53,839 bases of DNA, from contig JBCKVB010000005.1 in NCBI GenBank assembly GCA_038924245.1, positions 1-53,839 on the forward strand. The letters run 5' to 3'. The stretch comes from Gammaproteobacteria bacterium. Lineage in GTDB: Bacteria; Pseudomonadota; Gammaproteobacteria; SURF-13. The notes beneath the pieces were generated by a model that was given only the letters and a program-made list of their open reading frames with translations, had not been told where the DNA came from and did no database searches. Shown here piece after piece: positions 1 through 12,057 of the stretch. Positions within the stretch are counted from its first letter, which is position 1; each line of letters opens with the position of its first letter. Both the position numbers and the translations under genes were made by a program.

Positions 1-25
1 ACTGTTAAAACTGCATGGTCAGGAA

Positions 26-463
26 ATGTGCATAGCGGTGCAATACGGGTTGTCGCGCAAGGGACTGCCCGCGCCGCAGCAGTTCAGGCGCTGGGCGGAG
101 ACGGCGCTGGGCGGTGCGGGCAAGCGCGTGACGCTACGCATCGTGGGCGCGTCAGAAGGCGCGCGTTTGAACCGGACCTATCGCGGCAAGCGCGGCGCCA
201 CCAATGTGCTGTCTTTTCCGCTGCAAGACCAACATGCCGCGCGCTATTTGGGCGACGTGGTGATCTGCGCGCCGGTGGTGAAGCGCGAGGCGCACGCGCA
301 AGGCAAGACGCTGCACGCGCATTTTGCGCATCTTACCGCGCATGGCGTGTTGCACCTTATGGGCTATGAGCATGAAAACGATCAAGAGACACGCATCATG
401 GAGAACAGGGAGAAAACCCTGCTCAAGCGCCTCGGCTATTCCGACCCTTACCTGATTGAGTGA
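26..463 (+). CDS. ybeY: rRNA maturation endoribonuclease YbeY
   Basis: Motifs LNRTYRGK..ATNVLSF, LGDVVIC and HGVLHLMGYEH; upstream of corC-lnt. Start uncertain near the window edge. Confidence 0.93.
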   Translation: MCIAVQYGLSRKGLPAPQQFRRWAETALGGAGKRVTLRIVGASEGARLNRTYRGKRGATNVLSFPLQDQHAARYLGDVVICAPVVKREAHAQGKTLHAHFAHLTAHGVLHLMGYEHENDQETRIMENREKTLLKRLGYSDPYLIE

Positions 464-1353
464 ACAGCATGAACGAAGCTGACACGGACAGCGAACCCGC
501 GCATACAGACGAGCGCCGCGGCTGGTTTGAGCGGCTGGGTCAGGCGCTGCTCGGCGAGCCGCGCGACCGCGAGCAGCTCATCGCGTTGCTGCGCGACGCG
601 GAACAACGCAACCTGCTGGATGCCGATGCGCTGCTCATGATAGAGGGCGTGCTGGCGGTGTCCGAAATGCGCGTGCGCGACATCATGGTGCCGCGCTCGC
701 AGATGGCGGTGGTGGAGCGCGACGCACACCCGCGCGCCATTTTGCCGGTGGTCATCGAATCCGCGCACTCGCGCTTTCCGGTGATCGGCGAAAGCAAGGA
801 CGAGGTGGTGGGCATCCTGCTGGCCAAGGACTTGCTGGCCTACTTCACCGAGGAAGGCGGCGAAAACTTCCAGGTGCGCGATGTGGTGCGCCCGGCCGTG
901 TTCATCCCGGAGAGCAAGCGCCTCAACGTGTTGCTGCGCGAGTTCCGCGCCAGCCGCAATCACATGGCCATCGTGGTGGACGAATACGGCGGCGTGGCCG
1001 GGCTGGTGACCATCGAAGACGTGCTGGAGGAGATCGTGGGCGAGATCGCGGATGAGCACGACATCGAAGACGAAGACTTCATCACCGAGCACAGTGCGAC
1101 CAATTTCACCGTGAAGGCGCTCACCCCGATTCAGGAATTCAATCAGCGCTGCGGCGCGGATTTCAGCGACGAGGAGTTCGATACCATCGGCGGCGTATTG
1201 ATGCATCACTTCGGGCGTCTGCCCAAACGCGGCGAGACCCTCTCCCTGGGCAGGCTGCGATTCAAGGTGCTGCGCGCGGACAGCCGCCGCCTGCATCTGA
1301 TACAAGTCTCGCTGCGTCCGCCCGCGGATGAGAAGGTATCTTCCGCGGCCTGA
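460..1353 (+). CDS. corC: CBS/CorC-HlyC domain Mg/Co transport protein
   Basis: VRDIMVPRSQM, HSRFPV, MAIVVDEYGGVAGLVTIEDVLEEIVGEI, FDTIGG; ybeY-corC-lnt synteny. Alternative start ATG at 469. Confidence 0.92.
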   Translation: MNSMNEADTDSEPAHTDERRGWFERLGQALLGEPRDREQLIALLRDAEQRNLLDADALLMIEGVLAVSEMRVRDIMVPRSQMAVVERDAHPRAILPVVIESAHSRFPVIGESKDEVVGILLAKDLLAYFTEEGGENFQVRDVVRPAVFIPESKRLNVLLREFRASRNHMAIVVDEYGGVAGLVTIEDVLEEIVGEIADEHDIEDEDFITEHSATNFTVKALTPIQEFNQRCGADFSDEEFDTIGGVLMHHFGRLPKRGETLSLGRLRFKVLRADSRRLHLIQVSLRPPADEKVSSAA

Positions 1354-1356
1354 TAG

Positions 1357-2883
1357 GTGACGGGTTTGTTCCGTTACTTCTCCGGGGCCGGTTGGCGCGG
1401 CGACCTGCTTGCGCTGCTGGCGGGCGCGGCGTTGCCGTTCGCCTTCGCCCCTCTCGCGTGGTTTCCGCTCGCGCTGGTTTCAGCGGCGTTGCTGTTCCTC
1501 GCCTGGCTCAAAATCACGCCGCGCCGCGCGCTGTGGCGCGGCTACCTGTTCGGCATGGGTTTGTTTGGCGTGGGCGTGTCGTGGGTGTATGTCGCCATCC
1601 ACGACTTCGGCTACGCCGGCGTTCTTCTGGCCGGTTTTCTCACCGCGCTGTTTGTGGCTGTGCTCGCCCTGTTCCCGGCTTTGCTTGGCTATTTCGTCAC
1701 GCGCTTTTTTCCGGGAACGGACAACAAAAAAATCCTGCTGGTGTTTCCCGCCGCCTGGACGCTATTCGAGTGGCTGCGCGGCTGGATGTTCACCGGCTTT
1801 CCCTGGCTCAATATCGGCTATAGTCAGATTGACGCGCCGCTCGCCGGTCTTGCGCCCGTACTTGGCGTATACGGCGTGTCCTGGATGACCGCTTTCAGCG
1901 CGGCGCTTTTGGTCGTCTTATTGCGCGCGGACAAGACCATAAAATTACGCGCGTTGGCCGCGTTCGTCCTGTTATGGGGTGGCAGCGCCTTGATCGGGCG
2001 TATGGAGTGGACACAGCCGATAGGTGTGCCGCTTCAGGTGAGCCTGGTGCAAGGCAACATCCCGCAGGACATCAAATGGCATCCGGAGCAGCGCCAGTTC
2101 ACGCTCGACCTTTATGCCAATCTCACACGCCAGCGCTGGGGCGACGATTTCATCGTGTGGCCGGAGGCGGCGCTCACCGTGTTTTATCATGAAGTCGCCG
2201 ACAATTATCTCGCGCGACTGGGCGCTGAGGCGCGCGCGCAAGGCACCGATTTATTAATCGGCCTGTCCGTCGCCGATCTGGAAACGCGCCGCTATTACAA
2301 CAGCATGATTAGCGTGGGGGTGAGCGAGGGTTTTTACTTCAAGCGCCACCTAGTGCCGTTCGGCGATTACGTGCCGTTTGAAGAATGGCTGCGCGGGCTG
2401 ATCAGATTTTTCGACCTGCCCATGTCCGGCTACAGCCCCGGCCCGAAACAGCAGGCGTTGCTGGTGGCGGCGGGTTATAAAGTGGGCGTATCCATTTGCT
2501 ATGAAGACATCTTCGGCGAGGAGATCATCGAGAGTCTGCCCGAGGCGGCATTGCTGGTGAACGGCACCAACAACGCCTGGTACGGCGACTCGTTCGCGCC
2601 GCATCAGGCATTGCAGATGTCGCGCATGCGCGCGCTGGAGACCGGACGCGCCATGCTGCGCGCCACCACCAACGGCATTTCGGCGATCATTAACGAGCAA
2701 GGAAAAATCATCGCGCGTTCGCCACAGTTCAAGACCTATGTGGTGACGGGTAACGCGCAGCCGAGACAGGGCGCGACACCCTATGTGCGCTGGGGCAATT
2801 ATCCGGTGCTGGCGGCGTTGCTGTTGGCATTCGCCTGGTGGGTATGGAAAGGCCGGCGCGCACAGTGGTCTGATTCCGCGTAA
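1357..2883 (+). CDS. lnt: Apolipoprotein N-acyltransferase
   Basis: TGFPW, VQGNIPQ, WPE, KRHLVPFGDY, ICYE, RALETGR..LRATTNGIS; multiple transmembrane segments. Confidence 0.95.
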   Translation: MTGLFRYFSGAGWRGDLLALLAGAALPFAFAPLAWFPLALVSAALLFLAWLKITPRRALWRGYLFGMGLFGVGVSWVYVAIHDFGYAGVLLAGFLTALFVAVLALFPALLGYFVTRFFPGTDNKKILLVFPAAWTLFEWLRGWMFTGFPWLNIGYSQIDAPLAGLAPVLGVYGVSWMTAFSAALLVVLLRADKTIKLRALAAFVLLWGGSALIGRMEWTQPIGVPLQVSLVQGNIPQDIKWHPEQRQFTLDLYANLTRQRWGDDFIVWPEAALTVFYHEVADNYLARLGAEARAQGTDLLIGLSVADLETRRYYNSMISVGVSEGFYFKRHLVPFGDYVPFEEWLRGLIRFFDLPMSGYSPGPKQQALLVAAGYKVGVSICYEDIFGEEIIESLPEAALLVNGTNNAWYGDSFAPHQALQMSRMRALETGRAMLRATTNGISAIINEQGKIIARSPQFKTYVVTGNAQPRQGATPYVRWGNYPVLAALLLAFAWWVWKGRRAQWSDSA

Positions 2884-2888
2884 AATAA

Positions 2889-5525
<2,637 letters not shown>

Positions 5526-5690
5526 GGAAGCTCTGAATAAGTCCATCCTGGACTTCTCAGAGCACGAAAGGCAAAAAACGTGGCCATAAGAATTATTATG
5601 GTGCCTTTCTTCATTTTTCAAACACTTTCGTGTTTGAAAAATGGCGGTGCATCCCTGCACCGCAGGAACCTCTGATTAATCAGAGATTCC
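5526..5690. mobile_element. 165-bp MITE with IS5-like terminal inverted repeats and CTAA target duplication
   Basis: Ends GGAAGCTCTGAATAA ... TTAATCAGAGATTCC; CTAA at both 5522-5525 (includes the leuS stop) and 5691-5694; internal hairpins; no transposase. Confidence 0.75.
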
Positions 5691-5712
5691 CTAACGAACA
5701 TTAAGAGGGTGA

Positions 5713-5787
5713 GCCGCGAAAGCGGCGAACGCCAGGGATGGCGTGGCCGGTATCTCACGAAGCCGCGGGCGCAGCGCCAGGGATGGC
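5713..5787 (+). promoter_or_regulatory. Structured leader upstream of lptE with two GCCAGGGATGGC hairpins (CsrA/RsmA-site-like) and a GAAA tetraloop hairpin
   Basis: ACGCC-AGGGAT-GGCGT at 5729-5744, GCC-AGGGAT-GGC at 5776-5787, GCCGC-GAAA-GCGGC at 5713-5726. Function is inferred. Confidence 0.4.
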
Positions 5788-5831
5788 AAAGAACAGGTTA
5801 AGGCGAAGGAGTTCGGGGTAAGGAGATATAC

Positions 5832-6314
5832 ATGAGAATAATAACGGTTTTGGTTTTCAGTCTGTTTTTGGCGGCGTGCGGGTTTCATCTGCGCGGCGGC
5901 ATGGAGCAGCTTTCCAGCCTGCCCGCGCTGTATTTACCGGCGGGCGCCATGGGTCTTGCGGGCGAACTGCGCAGCGCCGCGCGTATCAGCGGGGCGAGGC
6001 TGGTGGAGAACAGGGAGGATGCCCAGGCGGTGGTGATACTGGGCGGTGAAACCGTGGAGCGCCACGTGCTGTCGGTGGGCCGCACCGGCAAGGCGCGCGA
6101 GTTTAATCTGGTGTACACGGTGAGCTTCGAGGTGCAGGACAGTCACGGCAAGGCCCTGACCGATACGCAAACGCTGCGGCTGACGCGCGATTACGTGTTT
6201 GACGAAACCCAGGTGCTGGGCAAGGAAGCCGAGGAGTCCGCGTTGCGCGAGGGTCTGCAACGCGACGCCGCCGGGCAAATCCTGCGCCGGGTGCAGGCGC
6301 TTAATATCCAGTAA
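5832..6314 (+). CDS. lptE: LPS assembly lipoprotein LptE
   Basis: Lipobox LAACGFHLRG, RBS AAGGAG, leuS-lptE-holA synteny. Confidence 0.93.
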   Translation: MRIITVLVFSLFLAACGFHLRGGMEQLSSLPALYLPAGAMGLAGELRSAARISGARLVENREDAQAVVILGGETVERHVLSVGRTGKAREFNLVYTVSFEVQDSHGKALTDTQTLRLTRDYVFDETQVLGKEAEESALREGLQRDAAGQILRRVQALNIQ

Positions 6315-6439
6315 TTCCAATTTGCAATCAAAGATGATACCGAGGCGGCAAGGAGTGAGCGAGGAGACAGTACATGAAGTACGGCGACGAGCGAACGACG
6401 CAGCCAACGAAGGTAGCGCTTTGAGTGCGAATTGGAATA
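6312..6439. repeat. ERIC/IRU-like ~127-bp palindromic intergenic element
   Basis: Terminal inverted repeat TTCCAATTTGCAATCAAAG / CTTTGAGTGCGAATTGGAA (17/19 match). Core GGCGGCAAGGAGTGA...TACATGAAGTA...GAACGACGCAGCCAACG resembles the ERIC consensus as recalled. Confidence 0.65.
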
Positions 6440-6455
6440 ACGTGGTTCCCCGCGC

Positions 6456-7502
6456 TTGAGAGTTAAGGCCGAGCAACTCGCGCAACACCTGCGCCGCGGT
6501 CTGGCGCCGGTTTACCTGGTGAGCGGCGATGAGCCGCTGCAGGCGCAAGAGGCGTGTGATGCGATCCGCGCCGCCGCGCGCGCGCAGGGCTACGGCGAAC
6601 GCATCATTTTCAACGGCGGGCCGGGCTTCGACTGGGTCGCGCTCACGCAGTCGGCGCAAAACCTGTCCCTGTTCGCCGAACGCAAGCTGATCGAGTTGCG
6701 CCTGCCCAGCGTTAAACCGGGCGAAACCGGCGCTGCAACGCTGCTGGCCTATGCGGGAGCCATGCCGCCCGATGTGATCTTGCTGCTTACCTGCCCCAAG
6801 CTTGATGCGGCCACGCAAAAAACCAGGTGGGTGAGCGCGCTGGACGAGGCGGGCGTGCTGGTGCAGGTGTGGCCGGTGGAGGTGCGTGCTCTGCCGGGCT
6901 GGGTCGCGGCGCGCATGCGCGCCAGGGGTATGCAGCCGAGCCATGATGCCACCCTGCATCTGGCCGCGTGCGTGGAAGGCAACCTGCTAGCCGCCGCGCA
7001 GGATATCGAGAAATTGTATTTGCTGTACGGCGCCGCGCCCATCACGGCGGACGCGGTGCGCGAGACAGTGGCCGACAGCGCGCGCTTTGACGTGTACGCG
7101 CTGGTGGATGCCGCGCTCGCCGGTGACGCCGCGCGCACCGTGCGCGTGCTGAACGGTTTGCGCGCGGAGGCGGAGGAGCCCACGCTGATTCTGTGGGCGC
7201 TGGCGCGCGAGGTGCGCGCGCTGGCCGCGATGGCGTATGATAATGGCAAAGGAATGAGCGCGGAACAGATACTGGCGAAACACAAGGTGTGGGAGAAAAG
7301 AAAGCCTTTGCTAAGGCAGGCCATGCAGCGCCACACGACGCGCGCCTGGTGGAAATTGTTGCGCCGCGCGGCGCGCGCGGAGCGCGTGATAAAAGGCTGC
7401 GCGGCGGGCCAGTCCTGGGATGAACTGCTGGTGCTGAGCCTGGGTATCGCCGGGGTATTGCCCGCGCGTCCCCAGGCAAGAGTATGCCAGGCAAAAGTAT
7501 GA
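6456..7502 (+). CDS. holA: DNA polymerase III delta subunit
   Basis: PVYLVSGDEPL, SLFAERKLIELR, VEGNLLAAAQDIEKL; synteny; TTG start. Confidence 0.95.
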   Translation: MRVKAEQLAQHLRRGLAPVYLVSGDEPLQAQEACDAIRAAARAQGYGERIIFNGGPGFDWVALTQSAQNLSLFAERKLIELRLPSVKPGETGAATLLAYAGAMPPDVILLLTCPKLDAATQKTRWVSALDEAGVLVQVWPVEVRALPGWVAARMRARGMQPSHDATLHLAACVEGNLLAAAQDIEKLYLLYGAAPITADAVRETVADSARFDVYALVDAALAGDAARTVRVLNGLRAEAEEPTLILWALAREVRALAAMAYDNGKGMSAEQILAKHKVWEKRKPLLRQAMQRHTTRAWWKLLRRAARAERVIKGCAAGQSWDELLVLSLGIAGVLPARPQARVCQAKV

Positions 7503-7512
7503 AGGGTAAGCC

Positions 7513-8793
7513 ATGAACGCGCGAGTAGAGATCATGCTGGACATCAAACAATACATGCAAGACGTGGGCAAGCGCGCGCGCATGGCGGCGCGCGCCATGA
7601 GCCGCGCCTCAACCCAAGCCAAGAACGACGCCTTGCTGGCGATGGCGCAAGGCATGGAGCGCGATCTCGCGCCATTGCTGGCCGCCAATAAAAAAGATAT
7701 TGAAGCGGGCAAAAAGGCCGGGCTCGACGCCGCCATGCTGGACCGGCTGGAGCTGAACGAGGCGCGCGTCAAGGGCATGGCCGAGGGGCTGCGCCAGATC
7801 GCGGCGCTGCCCGATCCGGTGGGCGAGATCAGCGATCTCAAATTCCGTCCGGCGGGTTTTCAGGTGGGCAAGATGCGCGTGCCGCTGGGCGTGATCGGCA
7901 TCATTTACGAGTCGCGCCCCAACGTCACCGCGGATGCCGCCGGTCTGTGCCTGAAGTCCGGCAACGCCGCGATTTTGCGCGGCGGTTCCGAGGCGCTGCA
8001 TTCCAATCAGGCCATCGCCGCCTGCATCCATGCGGGCTTGAACAGCGCCGGGCTGCCGCAGGACGCCGTGCAGGTGATAGCGACCGCCGACCGCGCCGCG
8101 GTGGGCGAGCTGATCCGCATGAAGCAATACGTGGACGTGCTCGTGCCACGCGGCGGCAAGGGCCTGATCGCGCGCATCAGCGAGGAGGCCACGGTGCCGG
8201 TGCTGAAACACCTGGACGGCGTGTGCCACGTGTATATAGACGACAAGGCCGACATCGAAAAGGCGATCAAGGTGGCCTATAACGCCAAGTGCCAGCGCTA
8301 CGGCACTTGCAATACCATGGAAACGCTGCTGGTGAACAAGGACATTGCGCCGCGCGTGCTGCCGAGGCTCGGCAAGATGTACCAGGACGCCGGTGTGGAG
8401 CTGCGCGGCGACGAAGCCGCGCGCGCGCTGGTGCCGGGAACCAAAGCCGCCACGGCGGAAGATTGGGATACCGAATATCTCGCTCCGATTCTGGCGCTGC
8501 GCGTGGTGCGGGATCTGGACGAGGCGATGGAACACATCCAGACGCACGGCTCCGCGCACACCGACGCCATCGTGACCGAGGATTTCTCGCACGCGCAGCG
8601 CTTTCTGCGCGAGGTGGATTCGAGCTCCGTCATGGTAAACGCCTCCACGCGCCTGGCCGACGGTTTTGAATACGGCCTGGGCGCGGAGATCGGCATCAGC
8701 ACCGACAAACTGCACGCGCGCGGCCCGGTCGGACTGGAAGGCCTCACCACGCAAAAGTTCATCGTGATGGGTGATGGACATATTAGAAAATAG
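7513..8793 (+). CDS. proA: Gamma-glutamyl phosphate reductase
   Basis: [49 protein letters not shown]. Start may be ATG 7534. Confidence 0.97.
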   Translation: MNARVEIMLDIKQYMQDVGKRARMAARAMSRASTQAKNDALLAMAQGMERDLAPLLAANKKDIEAGKKAGLDAAMLDRLELNEARVKGMAEGLRQIAALPDPVGEISDLKFRPAGFQVGKMRVPLGVIGIIYESRPNVTADAAGLCLKSGNAAILRGGSEALHSNQAIAACIHAGLNSAGLPQDAVQVIATADRAAVGELIRMKQYVDVLVPRGGKGLIARISEEATVPVLKHLDGVCHVYIDDKADIEKAIKVAYNAKCQRYGTCNTMETLLVNKDIAPRVLPRLGKMYQDAGVELRGDEAARALVPGTKAATAEDWDTEYLAPILALRVVRDLDEAMEHIQTHGSAHTDAIVTEDFSHAQRFLREVDSSSVMVNASTRLADGFEYGLGAEIGISTDKLHARGPVGLEGLTTQKFIVMGDGHIRK

Positions 8794-8900
8794 AGAAAAG
8801 AGAAAAGAGAAAAGAGAAAAGAGATTTTCTCGTTTAGAGCATCGGGTGGCAATTTGTCTCAGTACCTTTTCTCTTGCCTCTTTTCTCTTGTATCTGTCGT
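8785..8900. repeat. Heptamer (AGAGAAA)n / (TTTCTCT)n inverted tandem repeat element
   Basis: AGAGAAA arrays followed by complementary degenerate arrays; same family as 43861-43946 in the opposite orientation. Confidence 0.8.
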
Positions 8901-9582
8901 GATTGGTATCCTCGGCGGCAGTTTCGACCCCGTCCACTGTGGTCACTTGCGGCTGGCGCTGGAGGCGCGGCAGGAGTTGAAGCTGGACGAAGTGCGCCTG
9001 ATTCCGTGCGGGATACCGCCGCACCGCGCGCCGCCGCGGGCGAGCGCGGAGCAGCGCCTCGCCATGCTGAGCGCGGCAACGCAGGGCGAACCGGGTTTGC
9101 GCGTGGATGACCGTGAAATCATCCGCCCCGGGCCGTCCTATACCGTGGATACGCTGGCATCGCTGCGCACGGAATTTCCTGATACCCCGCTGTGCCTGAT
9201 TCTCGGACTGGACGCCTTTCTTGGGTTGCCTACCTGGCGCCGCTGGCGCGAATTGCTGGACTTCGCGCACATCGCCGTGGCGCACCGCCCCGGATGGTCG
9301 CTCCCGGCTTCCTGCCTCCCGCGACATTGGCACATCCCTGTACGGCAGGAAATGAACATTGCGGGCGAGATGGAGCAGCTCCTCGCCAGATACCGCGTAG
9401 CGGATGCATCCGAGTTGCGCGCGCACAAGGGAGGCCGGATCGTGCTCTGGGCCATGCCCGCGTTGGATATCTCTTCCTCGCGCATCCGCGCCCTGATCGC
9501 GCAAGCGAAAAGCGTGCGTTACATAGTGCCGGACGCAGTCCGTGAAATAATCCGCACCCAACATATTTACAGTTCCACCTAA
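8899..9582 (+). CDS. nadD: Nicotinate-nucleotide adenylyltransferase (with in-frame repeat insertion)
   Basis: [28 protein letters not shown]; GTG start at 8899. Confidence 0.95.
   Translation: MIGILGGSFDPVHCGHLRLALEARQELKLDEVRLIPCGIPPHRAPPRASAEQRLAMLSAATQGEPGLRVDDREIIRPGPSYTVDTLASLRTEFPDTPLCLILGLDAFLGLPTWRRWRELLDFAHIAVAHRPGWSLPASCLPRHWHIPVRQEMNIAGEMEQLLARYRVADASELRAHKGGRIVLWAMPALDISSSRIRALIAQAKSVRYIVPDAVREIIRTQHIYSST
9296..9343 (-). repeat. Intragenic repeat family, 48-bp basic unit, in nadD (strand given = GGA-rich strand)
   Basis: GGTCGCTCCCGGCTTCCTGCCTCCCGCGACATTGGCACATCCCTGTAC; read as [15 protein letters not shown]. Confidence 0.9.
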
Positions 9583-9595
9583 CCAGGCAGAATTC

Positions 9596-10078
9596 ATGCA
9601 ATTAAATCATTTGAAAAAACTCGTCACTGACACGCTGGACGACAGAAAGGCGCTCGACATCAAGGTGCTCGACGTGCGCGGAATTTCCGACGTCACCGAC
9701 CTGTTCGTGATCGCCAGCGGCACCTCCAGCCGTCACGTCAAGTCGCTGGCCGCCGCGGTCGGGGAGCAGGCCAAGCAAAAAGGCTGCCGGCCTTTGGGCA
9801 TGGAAGGCGAGCGCGAGGGCGAGTGGGTATTGATAGACCTGGGCGACGTGGTGGTGCACGTCATGCTGCCGGAGACGCGCGATTTTTATAACCTGGAAAA
9901 ACTGTGGAGCGATGCGCGGCAAGTGATGATAAAAGCCACCAAGCCCAAGCCCGCGCAACCCGCCGCACATAGTAAAGCGGCGCGCGCCGAGACCAGGGCA
10001 AAGCCCAAACCCAAGACCCGACCCAAGGCCAAGACCCAGCCCAAGACCCAGCCACGGGCAAAATCGAAAAGGAGTTAA
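9596..10078 (+). CDS. rsfS: Ribosome silencing factor with Lys/Pro-rich C-terminal tail
   Basis: [36 protein letters not shown]...[10 protein letters not shown]. Confidence 0.95.
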   Translation: MQLNHLKKLVTDTLDDRKALDIKVLDVRGISDVTDLFVIASGTSSRHVKSLAAAVGEQAKQKGCRPLGMEGEREGEWVLIDLGDVVVHVMLPETRDFYNLEKLWSDARQVMIKATKPKPAQPAAHSKAARAETRAKPKPKTRPKAKTQPKTQPRAKSKRS

Positions 10079-10081
10079 GCG

Positions 10082-10549
10082 CTGCGCATTCACCTTGTCG
10101 CCGTGGGGGAGCGCATGCCCGGCTGGGTCAAAACGGGTTACCAGGAATACGCCAGGCGTTTGCCGCCGGAGTGCCGTTTAAATCTGATTGAAATTGCGCC
10201 CGGCAAGCGCGGCAAGAATGCCGACATCGCACGCGCGGTGCAGGACGAAGGCGAACGCATGCTGGCGGCTACCCCCAAGGATACGCATGTTGTCGCGCTC
10301 GACGTACACGGTACGCAATGGAGTACCGCGCAATTATCCGCGCAACTCCAGAGCTGGCTGCAAGGCGGGCGGGATGTCGCGCTGCTCATCGGCGGGCCGG
10401 AGGGCTTGGCCGAGCCTTGCCTCACGCGCGCAGCGGTCAAGTGGTCGCTATCGCCATTAACCCTCCCGCACGCGCTGGTGCGCGTGGCGGCGGCTGAGCA
10501 GCTGTATCGCGCCTGGAGTATACTGAAAAATCATCCGTATCACCGTTAA
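10082..10549 (+). CDS. rlmH: 23S rRNA m3Psi1915 methyltransferase
   Basis: [31 protein letters not shown]. The family N-terminus (M)RIHLVAVG begins at CTG 10082. Confidence 0.93.
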   Translation: MRIHLVAVGERMPGWVKTGYQEYARRLPPECRLNLIEIAPGKRGKNADIARAVQDEGERMLAATPKDTHVVALDVHGTQWSTAQLSAQLQSWLQGGRDVALLIGGPEGLAEPCLTRAAVKWSLSPLTLPHALVRVAAAEQLYRAWSILKNHPYHR

Positions 10550-10584
10550 ACCACATCACCCAGGCCTCCGCATAGTCCACCACC

Positions 10585-12057
10585 ATGAGCCGCGAAATAC
10601 TCATGAACGTCACGCCGCGCGAAACGCGCGTGGCGCTGGTGGAAAACGGCGTGCTGCAGGATATTTTCATCGAGCGCGCGCGCAAACGCGGGCTGGTGGG
10701 CAATATTTACAAAGGACGCGTGAGCCGGGTGCTGCCCGGCATGCAGGCGGCGTTTGTGGATATCGGCCTGGAGCGCGCCGCGTTTTTGCACGCCGCCGAC
10801 GCGGTTCCCACCACCCCTGAACTGGATCCGGCGGCGGAGAAAAAGGCGCCGGAGACGATCACAGAGCTGCTGCGCGAAGGGCAGGAAATCGTGGTGCAGG
10901 TGATTAAAGATAGGCTCGGCAGCAAGGGCGCACGGCTTACCGCCCAGATCGCGGTGCCGTCGCGCTATCTGGTGTTCACGCCCGGCGCGCCGCATATCGG
11001 CGTGTCGCAAAAGATCGAGAGCGCCGAAGAGCGCCAGCGCCTCAAGGATGTGCTTGCCGCGCTAGGCCCGGCCGCGCTGGAAGGCGGCTATATCGTGCGC
11101 ACCCTGGCCGAGGGAGTGAGCGCGGAGGAGCTTGCCGCCGACCGCGAGTTCCTGCAAAAGCTATGGGCCTCCATCGCCGAGCGCGCCGGGACGGAACCCG
11201 CGCCGCACCTGCTGTACGAAGACCTGCCGCTGGTACTGCGCGCGATGCGTGATCTGGTGGGGATGGAAATCGAGCAGGTGCGTATAGACTCGCGCGAGAC
11301 CTACCAGCGCGTGCTCGACTTTTCCGGGAAGTTCACGCCGGAGCTGATAGCGCGCATCGAACACTATCCCGGCGAGCGTCCGATCTTCGATCTGTACGGC
11401 GTGGAGGACGAGATTCAGAAGGCCCTGGAGCGGCGCGTGCAGCTCAAGTCCGGCGGTTATCTGGTGCTGGACCAGACCGAGGCCATGACCACGATAGACG
11501 TGAATACCGGCGCCTTCGTCGGACACCGCAATCTTGAGGAGACCATTTTCAAGACCAATCTGGAGGCGGCGCAGGCCATCGCACGCCAACTGCGCTTGCG
11601 CAATCTGGGCGGCATCATCATCCTGGATTTTATAGACATGGTGGACGCGGAGCACCGCCGGCAGGTGCTGCGCGCCCTGGAAAAGGCACTGGAACGCGAC
11701 CGCGTGCGCACCCATATCAGCGGTGTGTCGGCGCTGGGGTTGGTGGAGATGACGCGCAAGCGCACGCGCGAGAGTCTGGGGCATGTGTTGTGTGAGCCGT
11801 GCCCGGTGTGCAAGGGGCGTGGTGAACTGAAGAGCGTCGAGACCGTGTGTTACGAAATCTTCCGCGAAATCTTCCGCGCCGCGCGCCAGTTCGAGGTGCA
11901 GCGCTTTCTGGTGCTCGCCTCACAGGAGGTGGTGGACTTGCTGCTGGATGAGGAGTCCGCCAGCCTGGCGGAGCTGGAGGAATTCATCGGCAAACCGATC
12001 AAATTCCAGGCCGAGTCGCAATACTCCCAGGAACAATATGACGTGGTGCTGACCTGA
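10585..12057 (+). CDS. rng: Ribonuclease G
   Basis: VGNIYKGRVSRVLPGMQAAFVDIG, DQTEAMTTIDVNTG, RLRNLGGIIILDFIDM; 490 aa. Confidence 0.95.
   Translation: MSREILMNVTPRETRVALVENGVLQDIFIERARKRGLVGNIYKGRVSRVLPGMQAAFVDIGLERAAFLHAADAVPTTPELDPAAEKKAPETITELLREGQEIVVQVIKDRLGSKGARLTAQIAVPSRYLVFTPGAPHIGVSQKIESAEERQRLKDVLAALGPAALEGGYIVRTLAEGVSAEELAADREFLQKLWASIAERAGTEPAPHLLYEDLPLVLRAMRDLVGMEIEQVRIDSRETYQRVLDFSGKFTPELIARIEHYPGERPIFDLYGVEDEIQKALERRVQLKSGGYLVLDQTEAMTTIDVNTGAFVGHRNLEETIFKTNLEAAQAIARQLRLRNLGGIIILDFIDMVDAEHRRQVLRALEKALERDRVRTHISGVSALGLVEMTRKRTRESLGHVLCEPCPVCKGRGELKSVETVCYEIFREIFRAARQFEVQRFLVLASQEVVDLLLDEESASLAELEEFIGKPIKFQAESQYSQEQYDVVLT

Noticed and set aside
7472-7501. 15-bp imperfect tandem duplication at the holA 3' end
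   Set aside because: Too short and single-copy; no function can be supported.
7609-9597. Long antisense ORFs (7609-9597, 40840-42456, 49108-51378 and others)
   Set aside because: They are shadows of well-identified genes in GC-rich DNA and show no recognisable motifs.
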